Source: Paraspadella gotoi
Taxonomy: Eukaryota; Animalia; Chaetognatha
Reading direction: 5' to 3'
Assembly: GCA_051294375.1 (NCBI GenBank)
Contig: CM119271.1
Span: 1,725,293 to 1,742,361, forward strand
DNA length: 17,069 nucleotides
A program made the position numbers and the translations under genes. This document shows, piece by piece, positions 1 to 9,322 of the stretch. Every line of letters starts with the position of its first letter. Within the stretch, counting starts at the first letter, position 1. A model generated the notes under the pieces. That model had not been told where the DNA came from. It saw nothing but the letters and a program-made list of their open reading frames with translations, and ran no database searches.

Positions 1-391
1 TCTCTCTTTTTTCATGCTATGATTAACAAACATGTCTACGCTGTTATTGTGCTTCGTGTCGTTGTCGTTGTTGATTTTAGTTGTTGTTGTTATTCATGCT
101 TCACCGTGACATCTATCAATAGAATCGGAAAGCAAAGCCTCAATTATCCATCCATGCGAATATTGGCCTTTTTTCATGAATGAATGATTGGATTATGAAT
201 TTAACCAACTTTTTTTGAGTCAAGGATTATTTATTCTATGATTTTTTTTGGTAATTTACTGATTGATTGATTTACTTATTAACTCACTTATTTATAAATT
301 AATTCATTCACTTATTTCTTTATTCATTCGTTAATGTGCTCATTCAATCGGTTAAATACATTAATTCATTGATTGATAGTTTGATTGGCTG

Positions 392-448
392 ATTCATTCA
401 TTCATTCATTCATTCATTCATTCATTCATTCATTCATTCATTCATTCA
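392..448. repeat. (ATTC)n tetranucleotide microsatellite
   Basis: About 14 perfect ATTC units, preceded by degenerate ATTC/ATTG sequence. Confidence 0.95.
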
Positions 449-999
449 CAGAACCCATACAAAGCAAAGCGCATCGGTTATAAATATATCGGCTTCCGTC
501 GGCAAAAATCTCCAGCTGAATTTTTTCTCTTTCAAGGTTTTTTCTTTATTTAGTTTTACGCTACGAACCGGAATAAACGAAACCCGATCTTCCCGCGCGA
601 GAATGTTTACAATAAAAACGATGGAAAAGTTCTTTTGGTGTCGGTCCTTTGTGATTCAATACTAATATTGGATAGTTTTTAAAAGGAAACATCACAGGAA
701 ATCGGTGAAACATTATTGACTAAGCTCGTCTACTGATTAAGGCGAGACTTGATATTGCTAAAGGGGCTTCTATGCATTGCCCAGTACCCCCTCGGATGCA
801 ATGGAAGGGGTCATGGGCTTGGAATCAGGACTATGGGTTTCCGACGCCCGCGAAGCAGTTTAACGGACATCCGCAGGCTTCCAGTAGGGGAGTTACCGTT
901 GGGGACCGATCCCGGTATCTAAGGGTTTTCAAGATGATGGCTTTACTCAATGAGCAAATGTTTAGAGGCGGTGTGAACTTGGAGTAATGTCGAGTACAA

Positions 1000-1471
1000 N
1001 NNNNNNNNNNNNNNNNNNNNNNNNNNNNNNNNNNNNNNNNNNNNNNNNNNNNNNNNNNNNNNNNNNNNNNNNNNNNNNNNNNNNNNNNNNNNNNNNNNNN
1101 NNNNNNNNNNNNNNNNNNNNNNNNNNNNNNNNNNNNNNNNNNNNNNNNNNNNNNNNNNNNNNNNNNNNNNNNNNNNNNNNNNNNNNNNNNNNNNNNNNNN
1201 NNNNNNNNNNNNNNNNNNNNNNNNNNNNNNNNNNNNNNNNNNNNNNNNNNNNNNNNNNNNNNNNNNNNNNNNNNNNNNNNNNNNNNNNNNNNNNNNNNNN
1301 NNNNNNNNNNNNNNNNNNNNNNNNNNNNNNNNNNNNNNNNNNNNNNNNNNNNNNNNNNNNNNNNNNNNNNNNNNNNNNNNNNNNNNNNNNNNNNNNNNNN
1401 NNNNNNNNNNNNNNNNNNNNNNNNNNNNNNNNNNNNNNNNNNNNNNNNNNNNNNNNNNNNNNNNNNNNNNN
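1000..1471. other. Assembly gap (472 N)
   Basis: Run of N. Confidence 1.
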
Positions 1472-1540
1472 TTTGTTTTAGGAGTTTTTGTTTGTTCGAG
1501 TCCCGGGAACGACTTCCGACGGAGAGGGCGTGCTGGAGGG

Positions 1541-1738
1541 ATGGAGAGAGAGAGGAGAGAGGGAGAGAGGGAGAGGTGAGAGAAGAGAAAAAGAGAGAGG
1601 GAGAAGAGGAGAAAAGCAAGAGGAAAAAGGAGGGGGGGGAAGAGAGAAGAAGAGTAGATAGGAAGAGAACAACGACGACGACATCGAAAAACTAAAACGG
1701 TTTCTTTTCCGTCAATCGAGTTCCTCGGTAGGGAAGTG

Positions 1739-1818
<80 letters not shown>

Positions 1819-1838
1819 CAGAGAGAGAGAGAAGAGAA
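1541..1838. repeat. Purine-rich low complexity and imperfect (GA)n microsatellites
   Basis: GA/GGA-rich 1541-1670; imperfect (GA)n 1740-1838. Confidence 0.9.
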
Positions 1839-2019
1839 ACGGGTTGCGATTCGATCGCTGCAATGCTTATTTCATAACATAATATAGGTAAAGATGAAAG
1901 TTTTAATGTAGCAATCAAACAAACAATCAAAACAATCAAACAAATCCTCATTCAACGACTTCTTTCCCCAAAATCAATAATCATTGATTTCATTTTCAAG
2001 GATGGCTTCGTTTTCTTCT

Positions 2020-2128
2020 TTGTCGTCGTCTTCGTCGTTATCGTCGTCGTCTTCGTCGTCATCGTCTTCGTCGTTATCGTCCTTGTCGTCGTCGCCATCG
2101 TCGTCGCCTTTGCCTTCGTCTTCGTCGC
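2020..2128. repeat. Degenerate (TCG)n trinucleotide repeat
   Basis: TCG/TCT/TTA/TCA triplet array in a single phase. Confidence 0.85.
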
Positions 2129-2599
2129 AGATCCCCTCAACAAAGGACGAATCGAAATCAAATCAACCGAAACATAAAGAATTATTTTTCTTTTCTATAG
2201 AACTTTACCCCCTATCTCACCAACCACCCCTTTATCCATCCCCATAGCGTCCCATTCTTCCTCCTCCCGCCTGCCCTTTTTTAAAAACCCGCCACTCTCC
2301 CCCCAAACTTTCTCTCAATGTCCCTTTCTCAAAAGACCCGTCGTGTTTTAACATCTGCATCGGAGGCCGAGAACAAAATGTTATTCTGACGAATTTGAGT
2401 CGGAGTTTCGCGTCATTCGGATTTTTTTTTCGCCGATCGGGGGAAAAAAGTTTTTCGTGAGGAGAAGAGATGAAAAAAAATTGTAAATTATTTTTTGGCG
2501 ATTAAAGATTGGAAAGACGATGAAGTGGACATTTTGTTTAATTTCAGTTTTAAGAAACCTGTCATTACGTGAAATCCGTTCTTTCCTTTCTTTGTGAAT

Positions 2600-2665
2600 T
2601 AGAGACAGTTTGAAATAGTTCGTATTAATAAAAATCGTTGTTCGATCTATTTCAAACTGTCTCTA
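2600..2665. mobile_element. Putative miniature inverted-repeat element (62 bp, 17-bp perfect TIRs, TA flanks)
   Basis: TA|GAGACAGTTTGAAATAG (2602-2618) ... CTATTTCAAACTGTCTC (2647-2663)|TA. The inverted repeat is certain; the MITE identity is inferred. Confidence 0.55.
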
Positions 2666-2765
2666 AAGAAACCTGACAAACTATTACGATCTAATACTTA
2701 AGGGAGTGGTCTTTTCATACAATTGAAACATTCTTTGAAACATTGATATGGAAGCCAGGTACTCT

Positions 2766-2963
2766 GAGAGTGAATAAACGGGACTGTGAGAGAGTCTTGA
2801 TTGAAATCTTGCAGGGACCTGCTATGTCATTATTTTGTAAGAGTGATGGAGGCCTTAAACCACCAAAGCCTGTCCAAAGTCAGGGGCAAGATAGCTTATT
2901 TATTAAATGAATGGATAATTTTTATATTGGTTGTACCAATTTCATAAATATTTTTCAAAAGCA
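2766..2963 (+). mobile_element. Dispersed repeat fragment, unclassified (copy 1)
   Basis: Colinear shared blocks with 15570-15796: TGAGAGAGTCTTGAT, TTGTAAGAG, CTTAAACC, AGCCTG, TATTAAATGAATGGATA, ATATTGGTTGTACCAATTTCAT. Confidence 0.7.
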
Positions 2964-3698
2964 TTCATTCTATCTCTCTTTTTCTCTTACTAAATTATAA
3001 AACTAAAATAAATATTTTTCAAAAAGGTGGTAATCAATATTTTTCTCGTTCCCTCTCTCTCTCTCTCTCTCTCTAAATCTCAATGTGTTTGTATTTGTTT
3101 TGTCTGATTGTAGTGTTATGTTAGCGATTAAGGTATGAATGTTTGTTTAGCGACACCTGTGTTTTCTTTGCGTGTGATCGGACTTTCTCTTTTTTTTTCT
3201 ATTCGCTGATTGACCGCTAGGGGCGCGGCGGCTAATGAGCTTAACGGCGAAGGTGTTGTATTGTTCTAAGTTAGTAATTTGGTTTGTTAGTTAGTATTGA
3301 TATTAATCTCAATGGATGTACGACGTATTAATATCGCTTAATTTGAGGATTGCCTACACGACGCGATATTATTTTGCGTTACTTAACACACTGCTTTGGG
3401 TTAAGTTAGCCTATCTAATAACAAACAATAACACAAAATTGATAATTAAAAATTGAATATTGTACAACAAAGAAGAAATACTATGAAGATATTCACAATT
3501 CACGTTAAATTAATTGACAAAAAACTCGCAAATGTCCTGCGTCCATCTTCCAAGTGTCTCCAAATGTCTCCTTCAACTCGATTAACTCAATGACAAATAT
3601 TTGGTCAAATCAAAAAACTAAGAAAAAAAGAAAAGAAAAGATAAGAATAGAAGAAAAGAAAGATAAAAAGCTTCATTTGCGAAAGAGTCCTCTTCTCT

Positions 3699-3701
<3 letters not shown>

Positions 3702-3782
<81 letters not shown>

Positions 3783-3869
3783 CATTTTTACCGAGTTCCA
3801 CCGCAAAGATTAGCTCCGCGACAAACAACTGACCATCTTATGTTTTTCAGATGGAACTCTCTCTCTCTC

Positions 3870-3940
<71 letters not shown>

Positions 3941-4028
3941 TCTATCCTCAAGGAACTTGACCGTATTTACGCCGAAGTGGATTAAGAGAATCGGGTGATT
4001 TTTGATGCGTCTATTGTTGAACAAAACA

Positions 4029-4086
<58 letters not shown>

Positions 4087-4110
4087 GCTCTCTCTCTCTC
4101 TCTCTCTCTC
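3702..4110. repeat. Cluster of three (CT)n microsatellites separated by short unique spacers
   Basis: (CT)n at about 3702-3781, 3857-3940 and 4030-4110. Confidence 0.95.
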
Positions 4111-4126
4111 TGGCGCGCATCTGGAC

Positions 4127-4139
4127 GCGGCCATCTTGG
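4127..4139. promoter_or_regulatory. YY1/Pho-like motif
   Basis: GCGGCCATCTTGG (reverse CCAAGATGGCCGC) closely matches the YY1 consensus CAAGATGGC(G/C)GC. Motif match only. Confidence 0.3.
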
Positions 4140-4282
4140 GAGGGGGTGGTTGAAGAAAGAGCGTATTTAGGTGGAGGGCATCCTTGAGGATCCTCTCGGG
4201 AATTGACGGAGGAAATTAGGCGGAGAGTGAGAGGCTGGGAGTGAGGAGGGGCGGATGGACGGATTGACCCACAGGCTGACCA

Positions 4283-4349
4283 GCGGACAGGCGGACTGGT
4301 AGCCGAGCGGATGCAGGGGACAGACGGACAGGCGGACAGGCGGACTGGT
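4283..4349. repeat. 18-bp direct repeat built from GCGGACAG units
   Basis: GCGGACAGGCGGACTGGT at 4283-4300 and 4332-4349. Confidence 0.8.
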
Positions 4350-5430
4350 GGCAGTAGCGTCCTCTCTTGATGAATTGTCAGACAGCGGGTCGAGATTTAA
4401 GCATTAAGCAACCCTGCAGTATTGAACTGTTATTTTTTATCAATTAATTTTGCAATAAACTCCGTTACCTATCTGATTATCTGACGCCCTTTTTATCTTC
4501 CACTCTCTCTCTCTCCCCACTCTCTCTCTCTCTCTTTTTTTTCTTCCTCTCTCTCTCTCTCTCCCTCCATCTCGCACTTCCTCTTTCGTCCCTTTCAACG
4601 ACCCCTCTACAGTTCCAACGCCATCTAACGGCGATTATAGCGCTAATCCGCTTTCTGCTCATTCCTTTTTTGTCATGCTTCCCTTCCTCTTCCTCTTCCT
4701 CCTCATCTTCCTCCTCCTCCTCCCTCGCCAATGACGACACGAATGTTCAACACCTCTCATGAGGTTTGGAGATTTGAATGGAGGGAGAGGAAAAGGGGGA
4801 AAGAAGGGAAAGTAAAAAAAAAAAAGGAAAAAAGAGGATATGAGAAGAAAAAAAAGGATGTAAAAAAGTAAAAAAAGGCAATAAATATGATGAAAATTGC
4901 GAAATCTCTTGTTTTGCTAATTAAATAAATACAAATAAACTATATTCTAAGATGATATTTCAATTTTATGTAGGGAATGTCAGTGTTTATTTTCAAATTG
5001 TAGAAAATAATATTACAATTTTTTTCCTTTAGTTGTCTACCAATTGACATTGAGTTCATAAATCTCATCTGCATATAGTAGTAAATTATTCAAAGTGTCA
5101 TGAGTTAATTTTCTTTTTCGAGATGTGGCCTCTTTTTTGGTTTTACAGAGTTTATTATCATCTTTTGGAGACCCTCGTCACAAAAAATTAAGTCAGAATC
5201 TTTTATTAGTCTAAATGAAAGATGGACGTTTATGTATTTTTATTACTTTTTATTTTTATTTTTATTTTATTTTTATATATAGACTAATAAAGTCTATATA
5301 TTAATTTTTCTAAATTGTTCGCCAAACAAAAAGAGCAACCGCTATGGAACAAACCGACCACTCGAGCCTAGAAATCATGGTGGGGAATAAATCTTCTGCG
5401 CCCGTATTTGTCATAGGAGAACAAACGACC

Positions 5431-5535
<105 letters not shown>

Positions 5536-5687
5536 CAAATCAAAGATATTGGCAAAGCGTCAAAATCAAGGATTTGGCCGGAACTTCGTTTGTCCAGTTT
5601 TAATCGAATTTGTGCCTCGTTTGTCAAACAATAAAGTGACTTTTCGTCTCTATTCATTACCCACATCACCATGACTGAGTTGGGGAG

Positions 5688-5962
5688 GGACGACGACAAC
5701 AACGACAACAAAGATCACCACAACAACGCAACAACAACAACGATGACAACGACAACAACACAACACAATGATGACGACAATAACGATGACAACAACAACA
5801 CATCAATAACGATGACAACAACAGCGATAACTAGGATGACCACAACAACAACACAACAACGTCACAACAACATCGATTACAACAACGGCGGCGAAGACAA
5901 CAACCACAACAACAAAAACAAAAAACCACAACGAAAACAACAATTACAACAACAACGACAAC
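5688..5962. repeat. Degenerate (CAA/CGA)n trinucleotide repeat
   Basis: AAC/GAC/GAT triplet array with phase shifts. Confidence 0.88.
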
Positions 5963-6054
5963 GGAAAAAATTATGTCCCGATGATGAAAATAAAAACTTA
6001 TTTGATTTTCTTTCTCTTTTCGTTTCGCGACAAAAGTTTCGTGTTTGGATTTTA

Positions 6055-6108
6055 GAAGAAGAAGAAGAAGAAGAAGAAGAAGAAGAAGAAGAAGAAGAAG
6101 AAGAAGAA
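6055..6108. repeat. (GAA)18 microsatellite
   Basis: Perfect GAA run. Confidence 0.95.
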
Positions 6109-6191
6109 GCAGCGAGGAGAAATTATGTTTTTGCGGCGAAGAAGAAAAAGAAAAACAGAAGAAAACACGAAAGGCCGGAGATGATGAGGAG

Positions 6192-6416
6192 GAAACAGAA
6201 ACAGAGGGGAAGAAAGGGGTTGAAAATAGAAACAAAGGGGAAGGGGGGTGGTGGAAAAAGGAAACAAGGGTGGTAAACAGAAAGAAGGTCGATGATACAG
6301 AAACGAGTGGTTGGAGTTAATGATAGAAAACAGAAACAAAGGGAAAAGTGGGGGATGTTGGAAAAAAGAAACATGGGAAAGGGGGAGGGCGATGAAAAAT
6401 AGAAACAAAGGGGAAA
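6192..6416. repeat. Degenerate ~30-35-bp purine-rich minisatellite
   Basis: Recurring GAAAA(T/C)AGAAACAAAGGG-like unit starting near 6192, 6222, 6254, 6326, 6361 and 6394. Confidence 0.65.
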
Positions 6417-6960
6417 GTCGCTGATTGGAAAATGGAAATAGTTTGGAGAAATGAAAGATGCAAGGTCGAATTTTAAAAAGTAATTTCAAATTTGAAAATC
6501 TAAATATTCGTAAATCAAATAGTTTCTCAACTTCAACTGCAAAGAATTAAATCAAAAGGAAAACAAAAATAATTCGTCAATGACAGAAAAACGAAACAAA
6601 AGGCCGATGATATAAAACAAAACAAAACTAAAAAAAAAAACATAGAAAAAAAAGTTTGTTGAAAGACCGAAAAAGAAAAAAGAAAAAAAAAAGAAAAAAG
6701 AAAAAAAGAAAAACACGAGAAGCGAAGGAGCAAAGAAAGACTGAAACAACAACTTTCCAAATTATTATTAAGGACGGAAAAAGAAAACAAAAGGCCCCTT
6801 TCCCAGTCACGGCGCAACCAGGGAGGGCCGAAAAAAGCCCCAAAGGATCGCCGGGATACGGTGGCCTGTCCTAGCCTTTTGTTTTAACGTTTTCAATTTA
6901 AGGCGGCGAGGCGTCGGTGTAAGAAAATTTGTTGTCGTTTGGTTTGCTCGAATGTTTGTA

Positions 6961-7114
6961 ATATAAATTATTTATTGATTTAATATTTAATTATTAAATT
7001 TAATGATTGTATCACTGTATTTTAGCTTTCTTTTTGTTATGTTTATATTATATAAATTATTTATTGATTTCTTATTTTATAAGTAAATTTAATGATTAAA
7101 TCATTGTATTTAAG
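6961..7114. repeat. Diverged tandem duplication, period 89 bp
   Basis: ATATAAATTATTTATTGATTT at 6961 and 7050, each followed in register by TAAATTTAATGATT and ATCA(C/T)TGTATTT. Confidence 0.75.
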
Positions 7115-7180
7115 AGAAAGTTTGATTTTAGTTTTGAATAACAATTTTTAATTGTTCAAAATTAAAATCAAACTTTTTCT
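7115..7180. repeat. AT-rich near-perfect palindrome
   Basis: AAAGTTTGATTTTAGTTTTGAA..ACAATT pairs with AATTGTTCAAAATTAAAATCAAACTTT (1 mismatch, one 3-nt bulge, 3-nt loop). Confidence 0.8.
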
Positions 7181-7904
7181 AAATCATAAACATAATGAAA
7201 GAAAGGATTTACCCAAAATTTTTGAGCTTTTTTGGTTATGTTTGAAATTTAAAAAACTAAATTTTTATTATTTATAAAAAAATTATTTGTTTAAAAAATA
7301 AACATATTTTGACTCTGTGTTTATAAGTTCTTTCAGTACAATCAAGCTATATCTACTTTTTTAAATAAAAAAATATTATTTAAAAAAAATATTATTTTTT
7401 AATTAATTTATCCAATAATTGATTTATTTATTAATTATTAGATTGATTCAATAATAGATTATACAATTTCTGGATAAATTAATTAATTGATTTATTTATT
7501 TATCTATTTATTTTTTATTTAATATTTTAGCTTTGGTAGGTATTACAAAATTATATATGAATACACATTATTAATTAATTAGAGAGAGATTTTGACGCCG
7601 CATCTTCACCACTGACTGAGATTTTCTTCTTTTTTCGAATTTTCTTTCTTATTTCTCTTTCTTTTTCTTTCGCGACCGAATCTAATCGAATATAAGAAAA
7701 TTAGCTTAAACCAGAAAAGAAAAGAAATATTACAAATTAGGCTACAGGTGTTCGGGACCTCACCCAGATACAGATGTAAAACTTTATATATTAGGGTTGA
7801 TATACAGCGGGATCCGTGTATATCTGTTTTGACGTTTTCGATGAGGGAGAGAGTGAGAGATAAAGAGAGAGAAAGAGATAAAAAATATAGGAATACAAGT
7901 AATA

Positions 7905-8097
7905 TGATCAATAATTCAATCGACTAAACAACAAAATTATCAACTATTCTATCAATCGGTCGATCAATGAATCGATCAATGAATTTTTTCGTTCGATTAA
8001 TCAACTCATATATCAATCAGAAAATCAGACAATTAAATCATCAACGAATTAATCAATCTATTTATCAATCGCACAAGTAATCCATCAATCAATCAAT
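7905..8097. repeat. Degenerate (ATCA)n low-complexity tract
   Basis: Many ATCA/AATC units. Confidence 0.7.
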
Positions 8098-8313
8098 TAA
8101 AACCTCGAAGAAAGAAATAGTTTTCTTCTCAGTAAATATCTGCAGCTGAATATTTAAAGATTTCCCATACGAAGAGACAATCCGCTAAATCGATTTTACG
8201 ACCATTAAATTCGTTTTTATGTTCGTTCGAACAAAAAAAGGTCGGAGACCACGTTTGATCGCAGAGTTCAATCTTATCCCTTTTCGTTCGTTTTTGATTT
8301 TGATCATTGACCT

Positions 8314-8595
8314 AAAAGCGCCCAATTTCATCTTTAATTCGGAATTTAATTATTTTTGTTAGGCTAAAAGATGAGGTTAGCATTAGGGTTAGGGCTTAGG
8401 TTAATGAGTAGGGTTAAAGGTTAGGGTTAGGGTTAAATATTAAGTAAGCATTAAAGGTTAGGGTTAGTTTTTAAGGTTTGAAGTTTTGGTTAAAGATTAA
8501 TGATTAAAGTTTGGGAGTGGGGTTGAATATTAAGTTAGGGTTAGATATTAGGAATTAGGTTTAATAAATAAATATTATTATTATTTTTATTATTG

Positions 8596-8648
<53 letters not shown>

Positions 8649-8730
8649 TAATAAATAAAATAAAGTTGAAAATTAAAATTAAGTTTAGGATTTAAAGAAC
8701 AGAAATGGAGCGCGTTTGGAAAATAGAGCC
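8314..8730 (+). mobile_element. Putative non-autonomous TIR element with degenerate (TTAGGG)n interior, copy 1
   Basis: Degenerate TTAGGG/TTAAGG array ~8360-8565. Left AAAAGCGCCCAATTTC (8314-8329) and right GAAATGGAGCGCGTTTGGAAAATAGAGCC (8702-8730) are imperfectly inverted and resemble the termini of 16514-16890. Confidence 0.5.
8574..8649. repeat. (ATT)n microsatellite nested in the TTAGGG-like element
   Basis: Near-perfect ATT run. Confidence 0.93.
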
Positions 8731-8924
8731 TGTTTATTTTAACTCTGTCCGTTCCTTAAAATGTCCAGACTTATCCAACTCTTGTTTTTCTTTTCTTTTT
8801 TTTTTCTATATTTTCTTTTCGTTCCATCCGAACCCAGAAATATTTTTTGTCTCTTTCGTTTTTGTTTCTCCCGAGATCTAAGGCGACTTCCACGCGTTTT
8901 GTTAAGTCCGTGTCAAAAAACAAA

Positions 8925-9175
8925 TTCGCGGCTTAATTAGCCACCTGGGCTGCCAGATTGAGAACGCTGTCCACTGACGTCGTTTATTTTTATGAGCGTC
9001 GTGATCGTTGACGTCGTCGATCCGCGCGCGGAGATTCTCATTCGTCCGAAGAAGAAGAAGGAAGGACGTTCCGATTGGTGGATTATTCTTTCAATTTTTC
9101 TATTCGATTCCCGTCGATCGCTGATTGGTCAAAGGTCGATTCCCGGCGATCGTTGATTGGTTGAACGTCGATTCT
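8925..9175. promoter_or_regulatory. CpG-rich promoter/enhancer-like islet
   Basis: ATTGG (reverse CCAAT) at 9074, 9124 and 9156; TGACGTC at 8975 and 9009; palindrome TCCGCGCGCGGA 9021-9032; TTAATTAG near 8933; 32-bp tandem repeat 9104-9174. Confidence 0.35.
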
Positions 9176-9297
9176 AATTTAAACAGAAAAAAAAAATCGA
9201 TTATTGATTGATACGTATTTTGTGGATTGTGTGCCCACCTGGGCGAGAACCCGACAAAATAAGAAAACATTAGACAAAAAAAAAAATAAGACAAACG

Positions 9298-9322
9298 NNN
9301 NNNNNNNNNNNNNNNNNNNNNN
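9298..9322. other. Assembly gap (25 N)
   Basis: Run of N. Confidence 1.

Noticed and set aside
831-1863. Long ORFs (262, 306 and 164 aa) in the ORF track
   Set aside because: Open only because they cross 472 N and CT/GA repeats.
2386-2412. Hammerhead ribozyme core CTGACGA
   Set aside because: No properly placed GAAA or closing stems.
3323-3379. Possible pre-miRNA hairpin (TAATATCGC / GCGATATTA)
   Set aside because: Only a 9-bp core stem with a 25-nt loop; too weak.
8360-8565. True telomere or chromosome-fusion site
   Set aside because: Short, highly degenerate, single orientation and internal; better explained as the interior of a dispersed repeat.
9104-9174. CRISPR-like repeat
   Set aside because: Head-to-tail tandem of about 2.2 units without spacers, in a eukaryotic context with no cas genes.
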